Both the position numbers and the translations under genes were made by a program. The notes beneath the pieces were generated by a model. That model ran no database searches. It was not told the DNA's origin and saw only the letters and a program-made list of their open reading frames with translations. From Antedon mediterranea (Eukaryota > Animalia > Echinodermata), in the NCBI RefSeq assembly GCF_964355755.1, contig NC_092674.1, positions 23,002,001 to 23,066,000 of the forward strand: a stretch of DNA of 64,000 nt. The letters run 5' to 3'. Below are positions 28,801-43,800 of the stretch, one piece after another (positions within the stretch are counted from its first letter, which is position 1; every line of letters begins with the position of its first letter).

Positions 28801-31800
28801 CTTGTTTGATCCCCTTAATAGGAATTCTACTATATGTAATTTTACTTCATCTCTTAATATCAGAAATTATTACTGTACCACGAAAAGTTTTCTTGTAGAC
28901 TTTTTGTCACTGGTCTTACATTGTTAATTGTCCTATTAATTTAAACTATTGAACTACACAAAGTTTGTGCTAGACTCACATCTCATCTTCAACAATAGCA
29001 TTGTGGACATTTTGTATAAGAATTTTGTTCACTAAACATCTCGAGGGGTTGATATAACCCAGCCCCAGTCGTTGCAACCTACTTTTCAGATAACAATTCA
29101 TTCAAAAATCCTTTAAACAATACAAGCGACTTTTATTTAATCTGAAAATGGTGACTTTCTTTTCGGAGTCTACCTCTCAAACTCTAAATTAAACATATTC
29201 ACTAGACAGCTATGTCATTATAAGGTTTGCACTTGTGCCCACATTCCCTCTAGAGATGACTTCCGATAGCAATGTAAATATACTATTCCTTTAAGCTCTT
29301 CCTCTTAGGCCCAGAGGTCTACACATGCCCCTTTAGCCTTTCCTCAGAAGCCACCGCAGTCTGTACATATTGCCCTAAAATTGTCAATACCTGATCTTAA
29401 TATAAACACCAAATTTATAAAGGAATCTCTTTATTCTCTTCAGGAATCTATAAGTAATCTATTCTTATAATAGGAATTCTTTTAGTATGGCTAAGACTAC
29501 AATTGAATAGAGCATAACAAATATCTGGGCATGATCACAAACAAATTTGTGTTGTGATAGCTTTCACAACCAGTCCAAATTTTTAAAGTTGAGGTTAGAT
29601 GCAGGATCTATCACAACTCTGACTTGTTTGTAGGCATGTGCAAAAATTGGCTTTTCAGCTTTGAAGAAAATTAGTTCAAATACCAGTCAATGAAATCTAC
29701 AATAGTTCACATAATCTTCCAGTCGCGTGTATAAAATCCATTGTATATGTTTCCACCTCAAAAGAACTTAAAAGTACTTCCCTCTTACATAACAATATGT
29801 GGGGCAATTATATAATAAAATTGGGTTATGCTTCCGATTGGAGAACAGTTTCATGTGGAGAAAACATCATAAATAATTATACGACTACAATATGTCTGAG
29901 AAAGGTGAATTGATTGAGGATTATTCGGTATTGATTGAGGAAATACAAGGTCAAAAGCCCACCTTATAGTGTTATATAAAGAAAAACAAAACAATAATTT
30001 TTTTTTTTTTGCTAAGTTATTTTCTTCCCACATATTCTGGTTGTTATTTGTTTAGAATGAAAAGAAATTCATCAATTCATTTTATTTCATTCATTCATTC
30101 AAAATTTGTCATTCACTCCACTTTAAAAACAGAAATGAAATGCAAATCCTATATGCAAAAATATTATGTATGTTATCAATGAAATTGTATACACCATCAT
30201 ATCAAATTAAATTAAATCTTGCTTTTCATTGGAGTCAAGTTAAGGCTACATCCTGAAATAATGTAAGTAATGAGATTCGTTTAGATTACCATACAAAAAA
30301 GGTCAGAGGAGAAAAATAATCTAATATTCTATGTTTCGATGAAAGGAGAAAAATAAAAAATACATTTAATGTCAAATTAGCAGGCCCTTCTTTTATTTTT
30401 TAAACAGATAACTATCATTAACTTATGATATGACAGTATCACTGTAAGAAAGTTACACCTTTAAACAAATATACAAATACTATTTTGTGTCTATCTTACC
30501 TGAATAAACTGACAATGACCCCAGTTTAGTAATATTTTCAAAGAGAACAGTAACAAAACACCCTGCCAATTAATGGTATCATCCACAAATATCTCCTCAC
30601 AATTTGACTGTACTTCTTTCTAACAATCTAAAAAGTTGACATGTTTTAACTGAAAAGATCTTTTCAAGTAAGATAAAAGAAATATCAATAAGGAAAAAAA
30701 ACTGCTAATATGTTATGACATTTTTTTTTAATTAACAAGTTTAAGATGTTAAAATTGTTTGACATACACAATAATAATACTTCACTGAAAATTTCCATCA
30801 CATTGCACAAATAAAAACACATTATATAAATAAAATGTTAAACGTTTGACCCACATTTTAGGACCACACAGAGGGGAGAAAAGGGTACTGGTACAATGAA
30901 AATTGCCAATTTACCTTGCCCTGTCTGTAACCCATTTCCCAGTCTTTTCAATTTACTAGAAAACAATCATTCTGTTAGTACTGTTAATTGGGGTGTGTTG
31001 GTTGAAAGTAATAAATCTGCTTGATTCATTATCCTAAGGTTGGGGTTCAAATCCTGGTGATGTCATTAGTGCTGTTTAATAAATAAAACATACTTTTCCT
31101 GTATGCTAAAGATATGTTTACTGAATTTGGATTTGAATTACTTAAAGCACTTATATAATGCCTGGTGCAGTAGTAGAATTTGTATTAATTTCAATGGTTT
31201 GAACATTTGTTCATATGTTATACTGAATATATTTGACATGCATTTTAGCACATACAGTATACATAATGGATTCATATATTCATTGCACTTTTATAAGATA
31301 ACTGTCTCAAAGTCAACTATCATTCCAACCTAAGATCTCTTCGCGTCGCGTTCTGACACCAAACGGTACTCATGTGTCTATCTACAAAAACCTTTTTTTT
31401 TGTAAGGTGTATATTATTATGAAAAAGAAATCAATGCTATAATATTAGTTCTTTTTCAACAACCTAAAAAACTTAACCTCACTTTTGTCACAGTATCAAA
31501 AATTGAGTCAATTCATGATCTAGGGAGCAAACTATTGCACCTATATGATCCTCATGACCCTTCATAAACTCATCTTATGGCCAACTGCCCATCCTAAACA
31601 CATCATAAAAATCAACAAGGTACGCATTTTGTTAAAAGTAATATATTGAATATGACAAGGCAAATTCAGCAATGGGGGAGGTTTCCTATCATTTTGCACT
31701 GACATATTCTTCAATACAATGTCATGTATTTAAAAAAAAAAGATTGAAATATGCTAAGTGTAGGTTGTGTGAAGGGGGTTATATGACCAGTCATATCCTT

Positions 31801-34800
31801 CCTCCATTCCTCATCATGGATGTGTGCATATCCGATAATGTTCAAGTGATCTGCCAAGTTTTAATCCACACGGAACAAGATATGATGCCATTAATAATCA
31901 TAATGTTATATCAAATTTTCCACCTTTACATTCACTTTTCCCATTTCCAGTTTTCTTCCTTTTGGAAGGATGTCTGTGAAATATATGTAAAATAAATTCA
32001 TCAAGAAGGTATGAGTTTGACCACCAGGTTAATTTTTTTTTTTTTTTTAACAAAAGTCAGTTTTTAGAAGAATAAAAGTGTAATCATTGATTGACTTGCT
32101 AGTTTGTTTGATATTGCTCCTGGCATTATTTTTATCACCTTAATATAAAACCTGGTTTGGGGTTATTAGTATAGTAAATAGTTTCTTATACATAGAGATT
32201 GAATTTAATTGACACAGTATATGACTGTTAAAGATAATAGAAGTGTGTCTATTGGGCCCTTTCTCAAGTGTTTTATTTATCCTAAAATACCAAGGTTTTT
32301 CGCAGATATATGAAAGGCCCAATAAGTAAGATATTTAAAAATTGAACTCAATTCTAAGCAGTGAAAACAAATAAAGAACTTTAAACTATTGAAAATGCAA
32401 TAGCCCTAGGTAGGGGCAATGATATCCCAATTCTAGGTGTTAAGTCAAGGATTTTGGTGTAAAGTCAGCCACCCTTTATTTGTACCCATGATATTCAATC
32501 CCTTTCAGCCGACCTTAAATTAGGATTACTAAATTTTATAAGCACTATACTGTAATACCATAAAGGCTTAAACCGAAACCAAAGGACACATTGTCACCCC
32601 TCCAGAGTGTGAAAAGATTGGCCTGTCCTGTCCAACATGATTTGGTAGTCACACAAGAGTCATTACCTTGGGCTGCATATTGGAACATCTTGTACCCTTG
32701 CACCTGTGATTTTGATTCTCCAAATTTATTCTGTTTCCTTTTGCACAAATTACATCAGTTTTGCTGTTGGCTTTCATTTTTAAAAAACAATTTCATGTAA
32801 CTTTAAGTAATTGATCATTTTATGAGGATAAAAGGGACTGGTAAACTGTAAAAGTTAAAATGATTAAACTGACATGGTAATCTGTTGACAGCGTGAGTTG
32901 AAAAAGATGAGGTGCTCGCGCTGTCAAAAGCTGATTGCGAGGGCGCCCCGCAATCACGTGATTTCTACACAATGCAAGCATAAAATAAACATTTTTAAAA
33001 ATGTAGATTGAATATTTTTAAATAAAACAAAACTTGTCATATCATTAATCAGTCAACCTATCAATCAAATTATTCATGAGTTATAAATTAATTAAAATTT
33101 AAAGAAAACTACAAAATAAACAGTTTTTAAATAAAAGAGAAATTGTATGATTGACATTTAGATTGTTAGCACTTCCTTATTTGAAATATTTCTGATTGCC
33201 GTCAATCAAAATATTTGAGCTTTGATCATAAATTTATTATAAATTGAAGTTTCCTACCATTAAAAAGTCTATTTTTCTTGGAAATGCGCCAATTAAACAA
33301 AGTGTTAATTGTAATACTTTAGAAGTGTGAAATGTTGGAAAACTCTATATCATTTGATATTGAGTGAAGTTTTAAGCTCTGTCTACACTATTAAACTTTA
33401 TGTGACAAAAAAAATGTGATGTGCCCATATGGACACGATGATGTAATATCACTACCATATTTAAGCATATCATTACCATATTTTGAAACATACACCTTTT
33501 TTGTCAAACTAGTTTGATATTGTAGACAGAGTTTTATAATGTGAAGTAGATTGCAGGTCTGTAACCCTACATTTTCATTGTGATCTAAAACTCAATCTTT
33601 TGCAGCTTTCTCTGCTTCCTTGTCAATACAAAGGTTTAGACACCATGTCTTTCCATCTAACTCAATCTTTTGATGCTTTCTTTGCTTCCTTGTAAAATGT
33701 TGTGCATCATCTTTGGTACATTCGTTAATGTAAAATACCCAAATTGTATGGTAACAGAAATAACAACATTTTAAATCTAAGGCAGGAAAAAAAAGATGTA
33801 ATCATAAGATATGAAACTATGCATAAACTAAAAAATACACATTAAAATAGGGCTTTTCCCAGGCTTTTTCAAGAGTAATTTTTCCCTATTTTTCAAATCC
33901 TTAATCAAAACCACAATGCTCTCAACTAGCATAAGTGATACCTACAGGAAATAATAATACTCAAACTTAATCCTGTCTTTAATAATGAGTTTGAAGCACC
34001 TTATATGAACCTATTTCACTACAATTACACCTATAGGACTGTGGTTATAATCATGACATCCTGTTAACTGGAACCAATCCAACATTCAGGTTATTTTTAG
34101 CAATTTCATCAAAATATAATTGGTCTATGATTTTCACGATTTTTTTTTTTAAACTGTAAATGTTTATTTAAATAAATTTAAAATCTTCATGAAACTGTTA
34201 TTTTGCTAAATTGAAAGCAAACTATTTGAATTAGAGCGAGTCAAATGGTTGAGAGGCAGGGGCACCGTTTACCAAACCCAACAATATTGGCAGGGTGGTA
34301 GAGATAAGGTCCAGTCAGGGAGATATATAATTTGTTTTTTACATCCCCCTGGTCCAGCGTACACAGTTTGTCCGTGTGTACTTTAAAGAACCCAGTTCAT
34401 TATTCAAGACGAGTAGGGGGTTATTGTCATCATCATCGTCATCACCATTGTCATTTATAAAAATTAAGAAACTCATAGACATAGAGTTACTTATACATAC
34501 ATACGTCAGAAATAAACATTCCACATCTAAAACATCTGGTTCATCAGAGAACATTGTTGTTATGGTACCCAACAACATAGAAAAAACACATGTTGCTTAA
34601 AATATTTAAAAAATAGATATGTCAGGATTAATATAGTAATACATATTTTATATTGTTATATTTATGATTTCATGTTTCTAAATTAACTATCATAACTACA
34701 TACAAATAGACCCAATAGACATCACCTATATTAGCATAGCAAACTACTACATAATATGTGTCAACAAGGGGCTGCACTGTACCCCTTTGGGTGTACTAAA

Positions 34801-37800
34801 TGGTTTTTTTTCCTCATACTAAGTGTTTATGCTTTATGAAATGCTATATCAATGACCCATTTTGAATTATATTGGAAGTCGCTGCATAATTATTACCAAA
34901 GTCGAGTCAATAATAAGCCCACCCTGCGGGATGTGGTGTTGAGCTTGTACTGAATGTGTATATTATATTATTATTATCATAAATTAAATTTGTTTACAAT
35001 TTGTTTTTTATTTGCAGAACCATCATTCTACTTCGGTCAACAAGAGTACATGATTGATGAAAGTGGTGGATACGTTGAGGTTGACGTGTGGCGTACAGGT
35101 ACTGACCTGACCAAAATGGCTAGTGTCACTGTACGCTCGCACAAATCAGATCCTGTTTCAGCTGTCGGTAAGTTCTTGGACTTATTTTTCTCTTCTTAGT
35201 ATACAACCTAGATACAATTTTGCTCTTGTTCAAAGACTTTGAGCAGAAAAATATAATAATAAAATAAATTATAATATAATTTTCATAAAGGTTAAATTAT
35301 CTGTACAGATACTGTATACATTTGATTTAACAACATCTGAAAATAGTTGAGATAAAACATGACAAATTGTCATTGTTTATTTAAATAAAATTAATAAATT
35401 ATAACAAAGAATACTAGTATTTATTTGTTACTTTTCTTTCTTATCTTGAACCAGAGGATTAAAGGTAAACGGTTTTTATTTAATTTGATATTAAAAAATG
35501 TGTTTTAGAAATTGTTTTTTTCTCTCAAAAAATGGTGTCAGTTTTCTTTTACTTTTTTAATTTTGCATGATCTGTTTATAAAGCATGTTTTTTTATGTTG
35601 TTGTGTTGCTGGCAGTGTTAGTTGGTAATTGTTTTCCATTTTGCTTTAATACCCGGATAAACCAACAATGGCCTGTGCTCTTCCAAACCATGATACAAAA
35701 TAATAAAAGTTTCCTCAACATCCCCCTATTATAATGGACTAGTCCATAAACGTTTTTTTCCAACAAAATTTATGAGGGTTTTTTTTCTTTAACTCAATTT
35801 TTTTCACAAGAACCATTCTTAGTGGCAAGGGACCACAATAGGATAGTTTATACTATAACTAGCTATAAAAAGACATGCATGAAAATGTGATTGTCACACA
35901 AACGCCAAAAACTGTTTATCCCTTCAGTTTGAAATTGGATACATACCATACCAGTAAAATTTGAAATAATAGTGTTATTGATAATTTTAATGATTTGTTG
36001 TTATAAAGATTTGTTGACAATAAGCACTTGTAAAATGATATTGAACAATAACTGTCTAGATACATTAGATGAGATGAACACAAAATGTCTGTTTTATCTG
36101 TCTACCAAATGTCATGAACTTCCTTAGTTTTAGACGCCAACTTGTTTTGCTCAGTCAGACTTAATAATAAATAAATGAGATGCATTCTGTTAACTTATAG
36201 ACATTTTGGAAGTTTAATGTTTTAATGACATAATTTTTAGATATATGGCCAAGACTGAATTCCAATTAAAAGTGTTTTTTTGAAAAGCAAAAACTTTATG
36301 AAAATTGCTTTTGTTGACAGCCTGTTAAGATCATAATACACATGGAAATTAAATGTTAAATACTTTGTATGTAAAAAAATTAATTGATATGTTTTTTTGA
36401 TAATCTATTTAATATTTTAAAATCAAATGGCAGACAGCTTTTTCATTGAAGTCTTGAGCCAACTTTTTCTAGGCTTCTAGCAGTTCTTATTATGCCTTAT
36501 TACATATTTTACTTGCATCTTTAAAACTGCTAAATGGAAATACCTACCATATCAGTATATGATTGTTAAGCCTAATATGATAAACAAAAAATTTGGCGAT
36601 AATGCACGCAATTCTGTTGAAGATTGAAAACCCAATATCCTTACAAACTTTAAACGAAAAAGTTAAAACCTTTTTCCCAGCAACATAAAACATGTTTTTC
36701 ATTAGCGAATACATTTGTATAACTTGCACATTCTAAGTTCTTATTGACTGAATTTCTTAATGTCACAAAAAAATAAGTGAAAATATTAATACGCATGTGT
36801 GATAGTCAATGCTTCTGATAAACAAACTTGCCTTGGAAAACATGCTAAGTGGTCTTTTAATGTAATAATTAATACATGATATAACTTTCACTCATCAGCA
36901 TTATCCATGTTTAAGGAAGTTTAATGGAAATGCTAAGCAAATTATCATCATTATAATTATTTTAGTGATTCACTTTCCCCTTGTCAATTTTGATAAATCC
37001 AAAACGCTTCTTATTTATTGGCAACTAGCAGCTGGACACACCCTGGTTATCCTCAGGGAGTTCTCATAATGTTGTACTATGTACTTTAAGTATTGTCACG
37101 TAAATTCAAATATATAATTTATTTATATTCCTATGAATAAGTGATCATTGATTGAAAGAAGTAGGCCTTATGATAAAAACATATCTTTTTTTGGATGCAA
37201 TAATCTGAGGGCCCACTTCCTTTCTTTGTAAACCAGTTTGCAATCAGAGTACAGTATATAGAATAAGGTTACAGTAGACTTCTGGACTTAAAGTAGCCTT
37301 AGATGTCTGCTGAATAGGGATGTCCCAAAAAGGAGTTCTTCGTTTCATTGAAGATATATTTAAAGTGTATAGACTCACATTAGGTTTTAAAATAATGCAT
37401 GGCCTCTGTCCATCATCCTTTAATGAGTTTGTGAGATCAAGTGAGAGGTGTGAAGGGCGGTTAATACATTGGAAGGCAAAGACCAATACATTTTTAAATT
37501 CATCGTTTGTTATTTTCCCTAGATTATGGGAGCAACTTCCCAATGAAATTAAACAATGTGCTACAATTTCAGACTTTAAAGCCCAACTCATCAAACATTT
37601 GATCTCAAAATATTAAGTTGTAATTTTTTTATATTGTTTATTCAATGCAGCTTATTCTTAATTGGTGTATCTCATTATAACTTTGTTTTGTTTTGTTTTA
37701 TTTTGACTTAATTTGTGCTACTTAGTTTTGTTATTTTTGTATTTTATAAGTAATGATGGAGTGAGAGCAGTTTTCTGTTTGGGCTCATGCCTATTACTTG

Positions 37801-40800
37801 CTCCTGGCAAGATGAATTGTAAAATGTACTTCATGAACTTTTGCCGAATAAATATTATTATTATTATTATTATTATCATAATTATTACAATCAACCACTC
37901 TCAGTTTGATTATAAACTTGGTAAATCATTAATGTATAACTAATTTAATAATAAATTGTAAATCTTAACATTGAAAATCTTTCATAAATTAAATTAATTG
38001 TCAAATATACTTCATAATGTAACACATTTTAACAAATGTTGTTTTTATTGGAATAAATTTAATATTTATTTACAGTATATAGAAAATTTTTTTTAAACGT
38101 ATCTAATTTCTTATGATGAATTTAAGTTGACTAATAATTAATTATCCAAACAATTTTCAAATATGGAAGTAAGATTAATTAAAGTATCCACATTGGAAGA
38201 TTTGGGAAATTAAAGATAAATTAATTTCTATCCCTTTAAAAGATCAGTAATTAATTTCTGTCCAATGTATTAAAAAAAATAATTAGGTATAAATTAATTA
38301 CCTCTACTAGGATTTTTTCTAGGATATGTAGCATTGCTCCATATATTAAAGTGAAAGTTTTTTTTTCCCCATAACATTTTCAAGCATCATCTGCTGTTAA
38401 AACATTTTTTGATGATATCAGCAATTTTTTATTTCCTATATCTGCATAATATTAGCATATAATTAAAAGTGATATACCAACACAGATGTGCAAAACTCGT
38501 ATTCATACATTCTTGTTGTGTTTTACCGGCCGAATGACGTACTGTATGTTAGTTGAACAATCTGCCACTAACATCAAACTACAGAATGCGAATTGGATTA
38601 GAAGTTAGACTTCCGATTCACTAATGTGTTTCTCATAGTAAATCAGTCGATACGTGTAGGGGGAAGGCCATGAAAAAATCAGATGTTAAGTGAAATAAAC
38701 CTGCTATAAAGGAGGATGTGTTATATTAGCTAATGAAGGATATGTCTGTGAAAAATTTATGAGGATACGGTATAAATGAATCAAAGAATTGCATGAAAAA
38801 AATTTCAGGGGCAAGGGTTTTGTAAATAATGACAAGTTAGCATATATATCAAACACAATGTGATATTTTGGTAAAATAACATAGTTTATTAGAATCTCTA
38901 TGAATACTTTAAAATTTAGGACATTTTCAGTTGAATTACCTTTTTAGTTGCCATGTCTAACCATAATAAAATTTCCATATTCATTCATTCATTGCTTTAC
39001 TTTATTTGTTTTAATTGAATTGAACTTTTTAGCTTTGGTTAGGTTTCTAAAACTGTTTTTTTCTAATAGTTTATAGAACTGATGATTATTAAAACTTCTT
39101 AAGTCATAATTTAAATTATATATTCTTTTTTCTCAGCCGGAGAAGATTACAATGGCATCAGCACCAACCTAGACTTTGCACCAGGCGTCACCAAGCAAAC
39201 CGTGAAAATCAACGTGCTCGACGATATTGGCCAGCCAGTACTTGAAGGTCTTGAGACCTTTAGACTTGTTCTACGTATGCCAATGAACGCAGTTCTTGGA
39301 GGACCAAACCATGTTAATATTATCATCAACGATACAGTTTCAGATCGTAAGTTTTATAGGATTCGTTGTAATACCCATAAGGAAAAATTAAAAGAAAAGA
39401 CAAACGTAATCATTTTGTCGAAATATATTAAAGTAACAACATATTCGGAAATGAGAATTTCAAACGAGTTAAGCTCCTTGTCTGCCTTAGGCTACAGGAA
39501 CATGACTTGAATAATGAAATCATTCATGCGAATCATGACTCAAAGTGTTGTTGAGTGTAGATGCTGATGATAGATAAAATGAAAGTTAAGTTTTCATGAA
39601 CTGTAACAATTATAATATTTTACAAGATATCTGACAATGATTTATTGATACTATTGACAATATATCTAAACTCTACTGAGGATGTCTGTAGTCATACTAC
39701 GGACAATTGTCTTCATTAACACCATTGGCGTCACAATTGTATCACTCTAATGACAATGTACAGTGTATCATTAGTGACAATGTCTAGTGACATTTCTGAC
39801 AATTTACAATGAGAGTTAGTTGTTACTAGCAATACTTGTTAACGTACTCAAATTCCACAATCCTGATGCTTTCCTTCAACAGTTCCAAAGGTTTCATTCA
39901 GAGCCGGTTCCTACACTGTCAATGAAAATGACGGTTCCGCAACTGCTATGGTCGTCAGGACTGGAGACATCACTCAACCAAGCTCTGTACGTTGCTACTC
40001 ACGACAAGGGTCAGCACAGGTCATGATGGACTATGATGAGAGACCAAACACAGATGTATCGGTCATTAATTTTGAAGCCGGTAAGATGCATTGTTTTGTT
40101 TCTAAACCTGGATACATTGAATTAACCGACAGAGGAAAGGTTGAATCCCATGAGATTTCAATTTTGTTTTCTTTTATGGGGTTATCTTTACTTTCTTTTG
40201 TTGTGTGATTGACATTCTCTTCTAGGCTATTCCTTAAGGAATTCACGATCATGATCTTGCATTTTCTTTTCTTTCTTTCACATTTAATTTAGGTTTATTT
40301 CCTCGAGTTATTCACACTTATTATGACCATACTTGTACATAATCTATAAATCGGCATCAACATTTAAATTATCTGTCTTCAAGAGATAGCGTAATAATCT
40401 TGTATAAAGAAAGTTAACTGATATATGAAAATATACTTTGATTTACATTGATAATTCCTTTATCTGAATTCAGATTGTACAGTAATGATCAGTCAAATTA
40501 AATGTATGTACCAAATAGTGTAGCAATTGACAGGGCATTATTGAAAAATAGTGCCCATGATAATACAAATTATAATTCACTAATGCCTGATTAATGAAGT
40601 GTAATCAATCAAGTAGCATTATGGCCGCCCACTCTACAAATGTACTATTGGATTCAAAGTAATAGCACTAATTTTTGAAAAAGTACCAACAAATAGTGTT
40701 ATTATGCTATTTAGGCGAATCTGAGAAGCCATGCACAATTCTGCTGATGAACGATAACTTGTATGAAGAGAAAGAGAAATTCCGTCTGGTGTTGGACCAT

Positions 40801-43800
40801 GCCCGTACCAATAATAACCTGCCAGGCCTCGTTGGTGACCAGAGCGAGACTCTTATCTACATCACTGATGATGGAGACAGTAAGTACTGTAGTGTCAAGA
40901 TCACAAATAAATAAAATAAAACTCACATTCTCATAAGAATTTAATATTGAGGCAATAAATGTCATAAGTTATACTCTTAAACATGTACAGTATGTTGTTT
41001 ACAACATTATAATGTTAATACTGTATACTCATGCGAAATTTAAAGTGCCCCAGTTCAAAACAAGCCCCCTTATTACTTTCACTAAATTAGAGGTTTGTGA
41101 TTCAATTTGTCTGACTTTGTATGATTGTTAAAGATGTCCCATTTAACATTATAACATAAGAGTCAAGTTACAAAATGTAATTATTTTTGCATTAAATCGT
41201 TTTTGCCAAATCACTGTTTTTCTGTTGCCCATTGCATAAACTCATTAAAAAAAAAGAGAGAAAGGGGGACGGGGGTGACGAGGAAGCCTCTCTTCTAAAT
41301 TTGGAAAGAAATAAAAGATAGAACATTGAACAACTTAATTTTACACTCATGGACCTTATTTTAAATTCCCAAGTGGACTTGCCTCTGCATTAATTGTGTG
41401 TTACAGTTTTTAAAATTACAATTTTCTTTTGATTCAGAGCCTGTTATCAAGTTCAAGGAGACCAGATACAACGCAGATGAGCCAACAGATGAAGATGAAG
41501 AAGTGTCTGTTAAGATTACCGTAGTCCGACTCGGCGACACCTCCAAGACATCAATCGTAAGAGTGTACACTAAAGATGGCTCGGCTAAGAGTGGTTACGA
41601 TTATGATGCTTTCTCAAAAAGTAAGTCTGGAAAAAAAGGGACCTCTATAGACTTTCATTATTACAACACTTTGCATTCACCGTCTCATTTACATTTATTG
41701 GCCGACAATTCCACCAAATCCATCTGATAGATATATCAAGTTAAATGTATCAGCATGTAATTTCACTCATGAGAGGTGTGAAATAGAAATGGTTCTATCT
41801 TAAATTCTGAATTTTCACTCAAAAATTATGAAAGATTTCTTCATTAAACCAGTGCAGTATTACCAGTGATTTTCCAATGAAAACTTGATCTTTTACACTG
41901 CACACACTTGCTACCTAAATCCTGTCTTCAGGCAGTTGGATAAAAAAACAATTTGTAATCCCTCAACTTCTATTAGTGCGGGATTTTTGTTAAATGATTT
42001 TGTTTGATTGATGTATTCAATTTAGTTCCTGTAGATTTGATATATTTTTATTCAGATAAATAATCCTGTCTGACCTTGATGTAGAAAGCAACTTTGTTGT
42101 TCTTATTTTTATTATGCTGTACCCTTTTAAACCCATTTATTTATGTTTACATTTGGGGTTTCTTTATACTGTTTATATTAGTATTCCTAAATTATTGAAC
42201 AAATGAGTCTCAGGAGATTGCACATGTCTGTCTCATAGTTCAATTGAGTTCAGTTCACATTGATCATGATCATCTCATAATTTATTACGTGAAACCTGTC
42301 GGCAGTCTGCTTGAGCATGTCTATTGCACACTTCCGAAACAGGTGGTGCAACAGTATAGGGAATGCAACCGACCGTAAAATTCATGTTGCACATGCAGGT
42401 GAGGGTAGGCCTACTCTGTAGGTCTACTAGTGGATTTTCACAAACTGTTAACAGGCAGATTTGGTGTACTATACCTGAAAGAGGTAACATAGTTCTGGTA
42501 AAAATATGTGCCACTGCCTGTGATTCCTTGTTTTGAACGCTTCCTATTCCATATTTTAGTTGACATGGATGAATTAATTCATAAATAAATATTCAACCAA
42601 TCATCTTTCTAGTACTGCATCATGCATATCTGCTCATTTACATAAATAGATCACCATGTGTAACTCCCATTCACACTCAAACTTATTAATTAACTTTTAA
42701 AGAAAAATATGAACAGTATAACGTTAACTAAATTTATAGATTCATTTTTGAATGAATGTTATAGAATAATTTAAAAATAATTTTGAATATCTTTTTTTAG
42801 ATTAAAAAGTTGACCCACAAACTTCAAAAGATTATAATTATATTAAGCTGATTAAACTATTTGATTACATCAATAAATTTAAAATCACAAAGTATCAACT
42901 GTGTTATTAATCCAAGAAACACATTAAACAATAAACTAAAATTTAATGGAAAACCATTGAATGTAAATCTTTACGCTACAAACACCTTAAAGCGATATTT
43001 ATTTTGAATAAATAAATTGCTGTATTCAGTTTCCAAGCCCAATTTAATTTGGAATGCCATGCAAAGTTCAGATGTTATCTAATAGAATTGCAATAAGGAA
43101 TAGTTCACACCTCTTAAATATGAAGGTTTAAGCTATAGGCACAATGCGTGTGAGTTAACCAATCACAAGCAACAGATTGGATGCTCCCATCATGTCATGA
43201 TTGGTCAAATTACTTTTGGCGAACTTGCATCCTTGCATTGCATCCAAATGGAAAGCAAGTTTTAGGTGTAAAATAAAATAAATATTTTTAAAGATTCATT
43301 ATTTTTTTTAACCTGATATAATGATATGATATGACTACAAAATGGAAAAACCGTTTTTAAATAAGGTGACAAGAAATACATTTTAAAATGTTTCTCTTAA
43401 AAAAAAATCAATTACATTATTTTTTTTAACCTGATATAATGATATGATATGACTACAAAATGGAAAAACCGTTTTTAAATAAGGTGACAAGAAATACATT
43501 TTAAAATGTTTCTCTTAAAAAAAAATCAATTACCCTAGGTACTGTAAATTATATCTCCATGCTTAAACAAAATATACAAAGCAAAATTCCTTCTACTTTA
43601 TTTTCAAATGGAATGGAACTAATTTATCGCAACTGCATAATGGACGCCAAGCAAATCGTCTTTCATTTCCTGTCTGATTATGATAACAGCCTTTTCCTTT
43701 CTCAATATGCTGGCTGTTATTGCCGGGGAAACATCTCAAACTACATAATTCAAAGTTAAGCTAAATGATAATAATAATGATGTCACAACTTGGGAGGATG

